From: an uncultured euryarchaeote
GTDB taxonomy: Archaea > Thermoplasmatota > Poseidoniia > Poseidoniales > Poseidoniaceae
Assembly (NCBI GenBank): GCA_937899865.1
Contig: CALBRH010000055.1
Span: forward strand, 1 to 64,000
Length of the DNA stretch: 64,000 nt
Direction: 5' to 3'
A program made the translations under genes and the position numbers. The notes beneath the pieces were generated by a model, which made no database searches, was not told the DNA's origin, and saw only the letters and a list, made by a program, of their open reading frames with translations. Of the stretch, positions 34,326 through 44,396 are shown one piece after another; within the stretch, counting starts at the first letter, position 1, and each line of letters begins with the position of its first letter.

Positions 34326-35893
34326 TAATCATGAAAAGTAAATCCAATCAAAAACTCGATGAGTTACGCCAAAAGCGAGATGAGGCGAGATTGGGTGGGG
34401 GTTTGAAAAAACAAGAAGCGATTAGAAAAACTGGTCGCGCAACTGCTCGTGAGCGAATAAATATGTTACTTGATGAGGATTCATTTATTGAAATTGACTC
34501 ATTTGTTACGCACAGAACTGTTGACCACAACATGTTTCTTCATCAGACTTTAGGCGATGGTGTTGTTGCAGGGCATGGCACAATAGATGGACGTCGAGTT
34601 TACTGCTTCGCACAAGATTTCAGCGTACATGGCGGCAGCATGGGTGAAACGCATGCAAAGAAAATCTCTAAAATTGTTGAAATGGCTGAACGAGCAAAAG
34701 TTCCCATTATAGGAATGTGGGATGGAGGTGGACAAAGAGCACATGATGGAATATCTGGGCTTGCTGGAACCGGCGAGTTGCTTGATAGACTAGTTCAATG
34801 TAGTGGACGAGTACCAATAATCAGTCTTGTTTTGGGACCAGTGGTTGGTGTTTCTTCATTGGCAGCAAGTCTTGCTGATTTCACAATTCTTGGAGAAGAT
34901 CATGGCCAGTTATTCCTATCATCACCATTAGAAACTCCTGAAGTAATTGAAGGAGAGATAGATGCTTCCGGACTTGGCGGTGCTAACTTACATGCCTCTC
35001 GCTCAGGTATTGCTTGTTTAATTGCCGATGATGATGAAGACGCATGCGAAATGGCAACCGAGATTCTTGGCTTTTTACCTGACCATAATGGCGCAATAGC
35101 ACCATTTGTAGAGAGTGCAGACCCTATCGACAGACTTAATCCAGACTTAGAATCGTTAGTCCCAGACAATCCAAACAGACCATATGATATGGTCAAAGTT
35201 GTAGAGGAAATTGTTGATGACGGACATTTCATGGAACTTTTCGAAGCATATGCTGATAATATCATCATTGGTTTTGCTCGTCTTGGTGGAAGAACTGTTG
35301 GAGTTATTGGAAATCAACCAAAGGTTTTAGCTGGTTGTTTAGATATTGATGCATCAATAAAAGCAGCTCGATTTATTAGAACATGTGATGCGTTTAATGT
35401 CCCTCTACTGACTATGGAAGATGTTCCTGGTTTCCTTCCTGGAGTAGTTCAAGAATGGGGTGGAATCATTAGGCATGGTGCAAAACTATTGTTTGCCTAT
35501 GCTGAAGCAACAGTGCCAAAATTAACATTAGTAACAAGAAAAGCCTACGGCGGTGCATATCTTGCAATGTCCTGCAAACATTTGCGCAGCGATTACAACA
35601 TTGCATGGCCAACCGCAGAACTTGCTGTAATGGGTGCTGAAGGTGCCGTTAACATTATTCATCGAAGAGAGATTAACGCAGCAGAAGATGGTGAAAAGGA
35701 AAATGTTAGAGCCAAGTTAGTCGATGAATACAAGGCCAAATTTGGCGACCCATATGTTGCTGCTAGAAACGGTTGGCTTGATGATGTAATCGAGCCAAGT
35801 GAGTCGAGAATTCGATTGATTCGTGCCCTCAATATTCTACGGTCTAAACGTGAATGGAGCCCACCTAAGAAGCATGGAAATATTCCATTATGA
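34322..35893 (+). CDS. Acyl-CoA carboxylase carboxyltransferase (PccB/AccD family)
   Basis: TARERINMLLD, GDGVVAGHG, QDFSVHGGS, NQPKVLAG, DVPGFLPG, RKAYGGAY, WPTAELAVMGAEGA, PPKKHGNIPL. Confidence 0.92.
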   Translation: MIIMKSKSNQKLDELRQKRDEARLGGGLKKQEAIRKTGRATARERINMLLDEDSFIEIDSFVTHRTVDHNMFLHQTLGDGVVAGHGTIDGRRVYCFAQDFSVHGGSMGETHAKKISKIVEMAERAKVPIIGMWDGGGQRAHDGISGLAGTGELLDRLVQCSGRVPIISLVLGPVVGVSSLAASLADFTILGEDHGQLFLSSPLETPEVIEGEIDASGLGGANLHASRSGIACLIADDDEDACEMATEILGFLPDHNGAIAPFVESADPIDRLNPDLESLVPDNPNRPYDMVKVVEEIVDDGHFMELFEAYADNIIIGFARLGGRTVGVIGNQPKVLAGCLDIDASIKAARFIRTCDAFNVPLLTMEDVPGFLPGVVQEWGGIIRHGAKLLFAYAEATVPKLTLVTRKAYGGAYLAMSCKHLRSDYNIAWPTAELAVMGAEGAVNIIHRREINAAEDGEKENVRAKLVDEYKAKFGDPYVAARNGWLDDVIEPSESRIRLIRALNILRSKREWSPPKKHGNIPL

Positions 35894-38686
35894 TTACTTA
35901 TTTTTATTAATTCTAGAAAGTAATCCTGTCTCTGACAAACTAACTCCAAGTTCTTCTTCGACAACATCTACTTCAGTCTCAATCATTAATGGATTAGTAT
36001 TGATCGGCTCACTACGCATTGTTCTAAGAACAATAATCAATACAAGAACCATGATAATTAGTCCTAAAACACCTGAAACTATCAATGTATTAGATACTTT
36101 AAATCCGTCATCTTCATCTGTTTTATCTTCAGCAATTGGAACTGTTGAATTGAAATCTATAATGGTATATTCTACTACTTCTGATGTGAATTCTGAGTCA
36201 AAAATAGCCACTCTAACCTCTACTGTTTCACTGCGGTTCACCGGAACTTCAAGCATTGTAACACATTCTTTTGAGTTCCCTGAATCATCAATAATACATG
36301 ATGGTTGAAGATTATCTTGCGGTACTCCATCAAGAGAAATTTCCAAACCATGTTCACTCGCCCCATCATTATCAAAAACTGACCAAGCAAGTGTCGCTGC
36401 TGTATCATCAATAATATTGACATTCATCAATGTCAGAATTGGAATATCTGGTACACTTGTAACTTCAATGCTCAATAACTGAGAATAATTTGTAGTTCCA
36501 TCTGTCACATTGAGCCATTCGTTATTGATTGTTCCAAAATAGTCATTTTGTGGTGAAATAATCAATTGTGAACCAGAAATTATTGCTACATTGGCGCTAG
36601 AAGAATCAGACTCGATGGTCCAAGAAAGCGTATCACCATCGATATCATAGGCAAAATCAGACAAACTCAATGATATTGATTCGTCCTCTTGCATTGAAAT
36701 CTGCCACATCGAATTATTAGCAATTACTGGGTCATCAACTGGAGCAACCTGTATTGGAATATCCAAATCAACAGGTTCGGTAACACCATCCGTAACTCTA
36801 ACATGTAAAACAGTAGCACCATTTGCATTTGGAACAGGATTCAAAGTTAATACTCCATTATAGTAAGAAAACTCAACAGGTCCTGCGATTCCTTGAGTCT
36901 CATCATTGATTGAAGCAAGTAATGGTTCGCCCTCTGGGTCATAAGCATACTCAGTAATATTTACTGAAACTGATGGACCGTCTTCAATTAGAGTTTGCAT
37001 TACAATGTCATCTGTTTTTACTACTGGGTCATTGTATGGTATAACCACAATTTCCAACATAGTTAATGCTTCATCAATCACTCCCAAGCCATCAGATCTA
37101 AGCAAAATGTCAACTTCAGCACCTAAGATATATTCTTCAGTAACGATGTGAGTTACCGTTAATCCCCGATAATCATTATCGATTTGTATAGAGAAATTAC
37201 TGATTTGACCTCCACTTAATGTTGCTTCAACAATAAACAATTCTTGGCCATCTGGGTCAATACCAATGTCGCTTGCTAAAATATACCCTTCACCGCGTTC
37301 AGGAACTTGGATTACTGGTGCTGGTACTGTTAATGAGATGGGAGAATCTGTTCGTAAAAATTGGTGCTCAATAGTTGAGGGAGCACCTTCAACCATCACA
37401 GTCAAGAATGCGGTGTGGTTTCCAGGCGCTAAATCTTCGACTGCATAATCACATTGTACCGTTCCGTTATCGTGTACCAAGCCAATAACTGTCACTATTT
37501 TGTTAAATCCGCATTCTACATCAATTTGCCAATTAGAATCGATTTCTCCATAGCGGTCTCCATTTCTAAGTGTCCAATTACTAGATAGTGAAAATGTATC
37601 ATATCTACCAAACTCATTGACCTGACTTGGAGACTTAGTTATATTTTCAATCAGCAAAAATTCTGATTCAAACAAATTCTCCTCGGTATATGAGTCGCTA
37701 TCACTGGCGGAATTTGGCGATGCCTCACGATTGAATGCTGGTCTAAATTCATCATGAACTCCTCTAAGTGTTAAATCTAAATACGGCACAATATGGGATA
37801 TTGCGTAATCTATTTGCTCGGTTTGAGAAATTGATGCATCGCCATCGCCACGGTCATCGCCGAAAAAGATTCCATCATCTATTTCATCTTGGAATTGATA
37901 ATGATCAGCGCCAAGAACATGCATCCACTGCCAAGCTAGAGCATCGGTAGCGCTAATTATTGGTAAATTATCTTGACCTTTGGCAATTTCATCAACGGTT
38001 CCAGTCATGAATAGCCCAGTACCCGGGCTAGCAGGGTCAATTTGCCATTCGCTAGGTTTGATATTTTGCCAACCATCCCCGCTATTCCAACCGGAAAAAT
38101 CAATTCCTAAGCCGAAGATAGACCTGGGTGGTTGAATTTCAACTGACAGATTTGATTCTGGCCAAAATGGATAAACTGAGTAGGCAATTGCAGCTCCAGT
38201 ACCATGGCCTGAAACACCCCAATGATGCAAATCAATATTACCAAATGCAGCAGGAATTAGACTATTAGTAGCATTGGTTTGATTCATCAAATCAATTATC
38301 GATTCTAATAACAACAATGAAGATTCAACATTTGTAGTATCATCGCTATCAAAACCATTGGTTAGAACAACTATAGTTCCACGTTTAACTATTTCACTTG
38401 AAAAAATTCCGTAGTCAGAAGTATCCTCTCCTTCATCACAAAAGAACACCGTGAACGGAAACGGGCCATTTCCAGCCATTGCTTCGTCTTCACCGTCATT
38501 CATTGCTGGATAAATTACTCTCACTGATTTACCATTTGCAGTCAAATCAGCAAAGCCAACTGGAAAATCAACACCAGTGTGTTGGTTTTTGAATTCTTTT
38601 GATTCAGGAGGGTGAGCAACTGATGGTGCGATAGCAAAGATACTGGCACACAAAAGGCCAATCAATATCCAAGCGTTACCCTTCAA
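35894..38686 (-). CDS. Membrane-anchored surface protein (930 aa): alpha/beta-hydrolase-like domain lacking the catalytic Ser + cadherin/Ig-like repeats + TM helix
   Basis: TTG start and signal peptide; VRVIYPA...GNGPFP, HWGVSGHGTGAA, TGTVDEIA, GADHYQFQD; then VAPVDDPVI- and IPYNDPVV-type repeats; TM LIVSGVLGLIIMVLVLIIVL. Confidence 0.8.
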   Translation of the reverse strand: MKGNAWILIGLLCASIFAIAPSVAHPPESKEFKNQHTGVDFPVGFADLTANGKSVRVIYPAMNDGEDEAMAGNGPFPFTVFFCDEGEDTSDYGIFSSEIVKRGTIVVLTNGFDSDDTTNVESSLLLLESIIDLMNQTNATNSLIPAAFGNIDLHHWGVSGHGTGAAIAYSVYPFWPESNLSVEIQPPRSIFGLGIDFSGWNSGDGWQNIKPSEWQIDPASPGTGLFMTGTVDEIAKGQDNLPIISATDALAWQWMHVLGADHYQFQDEIDDGIFFGDDRGDGDASISQTEQIDYAISHIVPYLDLTLRGVHDEFRPAFNREASPNSASDSDSYTEENLFESEFLLIENITKSPSQVNEFGRYDTFSLSSNWTLRNGDRYGEIDSNWQIDVECGFNKIVTVIGLVHDNGTVQCDYAVEDLAPGNHTAFLTVMVEGAPSTIEHQFLRTDSPISLTVPAPVIQVPERGEGYILASDIGIDPDGQELFIVEATLSGGQISNFSIQIDNDYRGLTVTHIVTEEYILGAEVDILLRSDGLGVIDEALTMLEIVVIPYNDPVVKTDDIVMQTLIEDGPSVSVNITEYAYDPEGEPLLASINDETQGIAGPVEFSYYNGVLTLNPVPNANGATVLHVRVTDGVTEPVDLDIPIQVAPVDDPVIANNSMWQISMQEDESISLSLSDFAYDIDGDTLSWTIESDSSSANVAIISGSQLIISPQNDYFGTINNEWLNVTDGTTNYSQLLSIEVTSVPDIPILTLMNVNIIDDTAATLAWSVFDNDGASEHGLEISLDGVPQDNLQPSCIIDDSGNSKECVTMLEVPVNRSETVEVRVAIFDSEFTSEVVEYTIIDFNSTVPIAEDKTDEDDGFKVSNTLIVSGVLGLIIMVLVLIIVLRTMRSEPINTNPLMIETEVDVVEEELGVSLSETGLLSRINKNK

Positions 38687-38741
38687 TTAGACCACCCCAA
38701 TAAGTCGAATGACAACTACGTTCTATTTTGTAATTAGTATC

Positions 38742-39758
38742 TTATGAGTATGACGCAAGTACTGATTCTGCAGTAATTAGCATTGAGACTAACAAATCAA
38801 GTGTCGGTAACTGGTCGGTAATTTGTGGCGCCCACAATTGAGACCAGCATTCAAGATGTTGAGCCGCAAGTAGCCATCTACCATCGACAACTTCGTTAGT
38901 GATTGCTGCAATTCTATCTTCATGTTCGCCATCGATTCCATGATATTGTGACCGAATTACTAAACTTGAGACTTGAACATCATCTGGAAGTGTATCATCA
39001 TCGAAATTAATGAAAACATCACATGTTCTAGATTCTGCAACCTCGCCACTAAACCAATCATATTCATCCATGTCTCGTTTGCCGCCCAAAATCATAACTT
39101 TACCACCCAATTTCTGCCAAGTATGAGCGGTTGAACGTGCTGCACCACCACCACCAATTATTCCAATGGTCGAACCTTTGGAGATATCTATGCCAAAATA
39201 TTCGGCAACTCTTGCAACACCTGAACCATCCACATTCGATGACCACCAGCCGAAACCATCCCAACGAAGAGCATTAACAGATTCGATCAGTGATGAATCA
39301 TTAAAATCAACAACTGCTTGTGACTTTAATTGATGCTTCAAAGGAGATGTTAAATTCAACCAAACCTCTTCGCGAAATGATTTTGTTGGTAAATCAATTT
39401 TGACGTTAAACGGAAGACTAGCGGAATTCTTACTGAACTTCTCTCGGCTTAATCCATCGATAGAATCGGTAATTTCAGCAGTTGCTTCAAGCACTTTTTG
39501 CATCAACGCCTTGTTACGGAATTTTCCAAATGGAGCTCCAGTCAAATTCCAATTAACCACATCTGGAATAAATTTTACATGCCCCCATGCCAGTGCATCT
39601 TGAATAAATTTAACATCAACTAAATCTGTTTGTAGTAGATTAAATCTTAGTGAAGGTTTAACCTGATTAGAAACATGTTGAGCGACGATATTAATCAATA
39701 CAGGAGACAGAGAATGATTGACAGGATGGCCTGCAACTGCATAGTAGACATCCGCCAT
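38742..39758 (-). CDS. Divergent shikimate dehydrogenase (AroE)-like protein
   Basis: YAVAGHPVNHSLSP, LNLTSPLK, SVNAL...SNVDG, GGGGAARS, VDGRWLLAAQ; long insertion in the substrate-binding domain. Confidence 0.7.
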   Translation of the reverse strand: MADVYYAVAGHPVNHSLSPVLINIVAQHVSNQVKPSLRFNLLQTDLVDVKFIQDALAWGHVKFIPDVVNWNLTGAPFGKFRNKALMQKVLEATAEITDSIDGLSREKFSKNSASLPFNVKIDLPTKSFREEVWLNLTSPLKHQLKSQAVVDFNDSSLIESVNALRWDGFGWWSSNVDGSGVARVAEYFGIDISKGSTIGIIGGGGAARSTAHTWQKLGGKVMILGGKRDMDEYDWFSGEVAESRTCDVFINFDDDTLPDDVQVSSLVIRSQYHGIDGEHEDRIAAITNEVVDGRWLLAAQHLECWSQLWAPQITDQLPTLDLLVSMLITAESVLASYS

Positions 39759-39849
39759 GAAAAACCGTCTTTTTCATTGTTTTTGAATTAAACCTTTTAT
39801 CCAAACTCGTAGGAAAAACCTTTGAAAACCATAACCCTGTGGTACATCC

Positions 39850-40236
39850 ATGGCAGGAGTTGGGTTCATCAGCAATCAAACAGCAGGCAAGGGAGCAATT
39901 GCTGCGTTAACAGGTTTATTGGGGCTGTATATGACTGCGGCTATGTGGGTTGAATTCAATGAAGCACTCGGAGCATTCTTTGGACCGAGTCTTGGCGTAA
40001 TTGTTGGAACTCTAATTTTCCTAATTTACCAAGATAGAAAGAATGTTAAAGAATTCTCAGCAAATAAGAATTATAGTACATCTGAAAGAACAACTTTAGT
40101 AAAGGGTGCTGATGGAAGATATACTCAAATTGACTCAAACATAGAAAGTGGTCGAAACCCAGTATTATTTATTGCAATGCTGTATTTCACTATAGTGCTA
40201 ATTAGTGAAATCTCATGGTCTGATTTAATTCTTTGA
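39850..40236 (+). CDS. Hypothetical membrane protein (3 TM helices)
   Basis: 128-aa ORF with three hydrophobic helices; first gene of the run leading to nfeD/flotillin. Confidence 0.65.
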   Translation: MAGVGFISNQTAGKGAIAALTGLLGLYMTAAMWVEFNEALGAFFGPSLGVIVGTLIFLIYQDRKNVKEFSANKNYSTSERTTLVKGADGRYTQIDSNIESGRNPVLFIAMLYFTIVLISEISWSDLIL

Positions 40237-40245
40237 GGTATTTTT

Positions 40246-40503
40246 TTGTCAACATTGATGGATATCTTTCTAATGAAAGATAACCTAAACAAAATAGACC
40301 AAGATGCTAGAACTGTTTATTGGATTATTCTAGAAAAGTTATCTATTGTTCTTTGCTTAGTTATCGTTTTTGCTGGCGCCTTAGCATTAAATCTACCTTG
40401 GTGGGCCGTTGGAACAATTCTTGGATTCTCATTAGGACCTATCGTCTATGGTCATTATTATTTCATTTACATACGCCCAATACTGAAAAGACGGGAAGAT
40501 TGA
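40246..40503 (+). CDS. Small hypothetical membrane protein (2 TM helices)
   Basis: 85-aa ORF; GAGGT lies 6 nt upstream of the TTG; two hydrophobic helices and a basic C-terminus. Confidence 0.6.
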   Translation: MSTLMDIFLMKDNLNKIDQDARTVYWIILEKLSIVLCLVIVFAGALALNLPWWAVGTILGFSLGPIVYGHYYFIYIRPILKRRED

Positions 40504-40538
40504 TGTGGGAAAGGTTGCTGTGAGTGTTAGGTGAAGAC

Positions 40539-41135
40539 ATGGGTTTGTTCGGAGATTTTCTTGATTTAATTGGCTTAGGAGGAATTACTGGAGTTGATGT
40601 TCTATTTGCTGCAATGGCGATTGTAGGAACATTTTTGTTCATAATTTACTTTCTACTAATCTTGATCGGTGATTTCACAGGTGGGATGTTTGACTTCGAA
40701 ATGGATGCAGATGGAATTTTCCATCTATTTACAATCCAAGGTTTACTTAGTTTCATAATGATGTTTGGTATTTTTGGACTATCCGTTTCACAGGCTGATC
40801 AAAATGCCTTCATAGCAATCATTGCTGGAACGATTGCTGGAACCTTTTCTATGTATATAGTTGGCAAGGTATTCCAAATGATGGCGAGTTTGGAGAAGGA
40901 CAATACTGTTGAGCATGCACAAGCAATTGGCGCAAGAGGCACAGTATACCGAACCATACATCCAGGAAAGATGGGAGAAGTACAGGTTGAATACCAAGGT
41001 GCACTCCGAACAGAGTCAGCTGTAGCAAAAGATGAAACTTTGAAACTTGAAACTGGTAAATTCGTTGAAGTTGTTGATGTAATAACTGAAAGATTGATTG
41101 TTATCCCACTAGATATCAATGGAAATGACGAATGA
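40539..41135 (+). CDS. NfeD-like membrane protein (hydrophobic N-terminus, C-terminal OB-fold)
   Basis: AGGTGA SD before ATG 40539; IGARGTVYRTI...GEVQV...G...VEVVDV NfeD-C pattern; directly upstream of flotillin. Confidence 0.8.
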   Translation: MGLFGDFLDLIGLGGITGVDVLFAAMAIVGTFLFIIYFLLILIGDFTGGMFDFEMDADGIFHLFTIQGLLSFIMMFGIFGLSVSQADQNAFIAIIAGTIAGTFSMYIVGKVFQMMASLEKDNTVEHAQAIGARGTVYRTIHPGKMGEVQVEYQGALRTESAVAKDETLKLETGKFVEVVDVITERLIVIPLDINGNDE

Positions 41136-41201
41136 TTTGGCTAAATTTCGCGCAAATAATGTGGGGTGAATCCTCTTATAGGGGTTTGATTTGGTAATGC
41201 C

Positions 41202-42587
41202 ATGGTCGCAGAAGCGTTAGCATTGATTGGAATTGCATTATTGGTATTTGTACTGTTAGTAACTATTTATGTTGCAACATCTAGATATAAATTAGCCCCA
41301 TCAGATCAAATCCTTGTAGTATATGGTAATGTCAAGGACAAAGGTTCAGCCGCTTGTTATCACGGTGGTGGTAAAATTGTTTGGCCTTTGATACAACATT
41401 TTGCCTATCTTGATTTGAAACCAATGACCATTTCAATTGACTTGGAACACGCTCTATCTCAACAAAACATCAGAATTAATGTACCATCTACCTTTACCAT
41501 CGGTATCTCAACTCAACCATCTGTAATGCAAAATGCAGCAGAGCGTCTTCTTGGATTAGGACAAGCCCAAATTGAAGACATGGCAAAAGAAATCATCTTT
41601 GGTCAACTACGTTTGACTGTTGCATCTTTGACCATTGAGCAAATCAACCAAGACAGAGAAGCGTTCTTGGAAAGAGTTTCAACCAACGTGGATACTGAAT
41701 TGCACAAGATTGGTCTTTACCTAATCAACGTTAACATCACTGATATTACTGATGAAGCCGACTATATCGCATCTATCGGTGCTAAGGCTGCTGCAGTTGC
41801 TATTGCAGATGCTACCGTCGACAGAGCAGAGGCTGCTCGTGATGGTGCTGTAGGTAAGGCTGCTGCTGACAGAGATCGAGAGATTGAAGTCGCTAAGGCA
41901 GAAGCTGAAGCATCCAAGGGTCAAAAAGCTGCAGAAGCAGATAAGCGTGTTTTCGTACAACAACAAGAAGCATTAGCGGTTGAGGGTGAAAACGTATCAC
42001 GTGCTGACATTGCAGCATACAATGCTGATTTAGCAGAGAAAGAAGCAGAAGCACTACAACGTTCTGAAGTTGCTAAGCGTAAGGCTCAATCGGAAATTGA
42101 AAGAGCCCAGTATGAACTTGAGGGTGAAAGACTCCGTGCTGAAGAAATTGCTCGTGAAGAAGTATCTAAGCAACAAATCGAGATTGCTGCAGAAGCAGAG
42201 GCTGAGCGCCAACGCAGAATTGCTAAGGGTCAAGCAGACGCTATCCTTGCTCGCTATAACGCTGAAGCGGAAGGTACCAAAGCAGTTCTTGAAGCAAAGG
42301 CTGCTGGTTATCAATCACTGGTCAAGAGTGCAGGTGGCGATGCAAAGGCAGCTGCTACACTACTAATGGTTGAGAAGATTGAAGAAATCGTTGCTCGCCA
42401 AACTGAGGCTATCTCCAACCTAAAGATAGACAAGATTACCGTTTGGGATTCAGGCAATGGTGGCGAAGGTGGCAGTACTGCAAACTTCGTCTCTTCCCTA
42501 ATCAAGTCTCTACCGCCAGTGCACGATGTTGCTAAGATGGCTGGTGTTGACTTGCCTGACTACCTTGGTAGCATGAAAGAAGAGTGA
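41202..42587 (+). CDS. Flotillin-family SPFH protein
   Basis: N-terminal TM; SPFH domain (GQLRLTVASLTIEQINQDREAF; LINVNITDITD); AEA-rich coiled coil; IDKITVWD. Confidence 0.92.
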   Translation: MVAEALALIGIALLVFVLLVTIYVATSRYKLAPSDQILVVYGNVKDKGSAACYHGGGKIVWPLIQHFAYLDLKPMTISIDLEHALSQQNIRINVPSTFTIGISTQPSVMQNAAERLLGLGQAQIEDMAKEIIFGQLRLTVASLTIEQINQDREAFLERVSTNVDTELHKIGLYLINVNITDITDEADYIASIGAKAAAVAIADATVDRAEAARDGAVGKAAADRDREIEVAKAEAEASKGQKAAEADKRVFVQQQEALAVEGENVSRADIAAYNADLAEKEAEALQRSEVAKRKAQSEIERAQYELEGERLRAEEIAREEVSKQQIEIAAEAEAERQRRIAKGQADAILARYNAEAEGTKAVLEAKAAGYQSLVKSAGGDAKAAATLLMVEKIEEIVARQTEAISNLKIDKITVWDSGNGGEGGSTANFVSSLIKSLPPVHDVAKMAGVDLPDYLGSMKEE

Positions 42588-42676
42588 ATCGGGTATTGGC
42601 CAAAGGTGGGCTAATTGCCCAACATAGTGTCGAATAGACCGTATGCTTCAAAGACTAAAGCACATGCACTTCGGAT

Positions 42677-44392
42677 ATGCCTACCGATCTCGAGATTGCT
42701 AATGCAGCTACTCTTGAACCAATTGAAGCGATAGCCTGGAAATTAGGAATCTCTTCAACTGAGATTATGCCGATGGGTCGCAATGTAGCAAAAATCACTT
42801 GGGATGCTTTGAAATCAAGAATGAATAAGCCCCAAGGTAGTCTTGTACTGGTAACCTCTGTTAACCCTACACCATTTGGTGAAGGAAAAACTGTTACAAC
42901 AATCGGGCTGACTCAGGCATTATGCCGTATTGGTCAATCTGCAACTTGTGTAATTAGAGAACCATCAATGGGCCCAGTATTTGGGATTAAAGGCGGTGCT
43001 GCTGGCGGAGGATATTCTCAGGTTCTACCAATGGAAGATATCAATTTACACTTTACAGGAGATTTACATGCAGTAACTTCAGCACACAATCTACTATCTG
43101 CATTGATAGATAACCACATTAAACATGGTAATGAGTGCAGATTAGATTCTACAAAAATTAGTTGGCCAAGAGTCATTGATATGAATGATAGAGCACTTCG
43201 AGATGTCGTCATTGGAATGGGTGGACCAGCAAATGGCCACCTAAGACAAGACCGTTTTGATATTACAGCTGCTAGTGAAGTTATGGCAATACTAGTTCTG
43301 GCTGCTGATTATGCTGATCTAAAGAAGCGCCTTGGCGAGATTGTAATCGGTCAATCACTTGATGGAAATCCTGTCAAAGTTTCAGAGATTGACGCACAGG
43401 GTGCAATGTCATTGCTTTTGAGAAATGCATTCTTACCAAACCTAGTCCAAACTTTGGAAGGCAATCCTGCTTTCATTCATGGCGGACCATTTGCTAATAT
43501 TGCTCACGGCAATTCAAGTATTATTGCTGATAAATTAGCGCTTAGTGCAGCGGATATCGTAGTTACTGAAGCCGGATTTGGCTCTGACATGGGTGCAGAG
43601 AAATTTATGCATATCAAAGCAGCAACTTCTGGTAAAGGTCCCGACTGTGTGGTAATGAATGTCACTATTCGTTCAATGAAGTTGCACGGTGGCGCTTTCG
43701 GTAGCCGAGGTGGATACCGTCCAAGCAAAGAAGAACTTGAAACGGAAAATGTTGATGCTGTTGCTACTGGTGCTGCTACAAACCTTGACCGTCATATCCG
43801 TAATATGGCAGGTTTTGGAGTTCCAGTTATTGTCTCAATAAACAAATTCACTTCTGATACCGACGCTGAAATAAAGGTTCTTTCTGATGCTGCTCATGCC
43901 AGTGGAGCAATAGCAGTAACTATCACTGAAGTTCACGCTAAAGGCGGTGAAGGTGGTGAAGATTTGGCTAAGGCAGTTGTAAAAGCAGTACAAGACCATG
44001 TGGCTGCAGGTAGACCATTCACTCCATTATTTGTCAACGATGCTCCTGTCATGGATAAAATCACAGCTATCGCTACAAGAATGTACAAAGCAAAAGATGT
44101 TTATTTGGAAACTACTGCTAAAAAACAACTGGAGAAGATTGTCTCTTGGGGCTATGGAAACCTACCAGTTTGTATGGCCAAAACACAGTATTCATTCTCA
44201 CATGATGCAAGTAAATTAGGCGCTCCAAGTGATTTCACATTACCAATTAGAGAATTTAGATTAAATTCTGGTGCTGGATTTATTGTTGCAGTACTTGGCA
44301 ACATGATGACAATGCCTGGCTTACCCAAGCGCCCTGCAGCAATCGACATGGATATGGACGATGACGGACACCAGACTGGTGTCTTCGGGTGA
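42677..44392 (+). CDS. fhs: Formate--tetrahydrofolate ligase
   Basis: PTPFGEGKT, REPSMGP, GIKGGAAGGG, HGGPFANIAHG, VTEAGFG, CMAKTQYS, MTMPGLPK. Confidence 0.97.
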   Translation: MPTDLEIANAATLEPIEAIAWKLGISSTEIMPMGRNVAKITWDALKSRMNKPQGSLVLVTSVNPTPFGEGKTVTTIGLTQALCRIGQSATCVIREPSMGPVFGIKGGAAGGGYSQVLPMEDINLHFTGDLHAVTSAHNLLSALIDNHIKHGNECRLDSTKISWPRVIDMNDRALRDVVIGMGGPANGHLRQDRFDITAASEVMAILVLAADYADLKKRLGEIVIGQSLDGNPVKVSEIDAQGAMSLLLRNAFLPNLVQTLEGNPAFIHGGPFANIAHGNSSIIADKLALSAADIVVTEAGFGSDMGAEKFMHIKAATSGKGPDCVVMNVTIRSMKLHGGAFGSRGGYRPSKEELETENVDAVATGAATNLDRHIRNMAGFGVPVIVSINKFTSDTDAEIKVLSDAAHASGAIAVTITEVHAKGGEGGEDLAKAVVKAVQDHVAAGRPFTPLFVNDAPVMDKITAIATRMYKAKDVYLETTAKKQLEKIVSWGYGNLPVCMAKTQYSFSHDASKLGAPSDFTLPIREFRLNSGAGFIVAVLGNMMTMPGLPKRPAAIDMDMDDDGHQTGVFG

Positions 44393-44396
44393 GTTA

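Noticed and set aside
42606-42625. Short inverted repeat TGGGC-TAATT-GCCCA after flotillin
   Set aside because: A 5-bp stem is too weak to call; at most a minor terminator.
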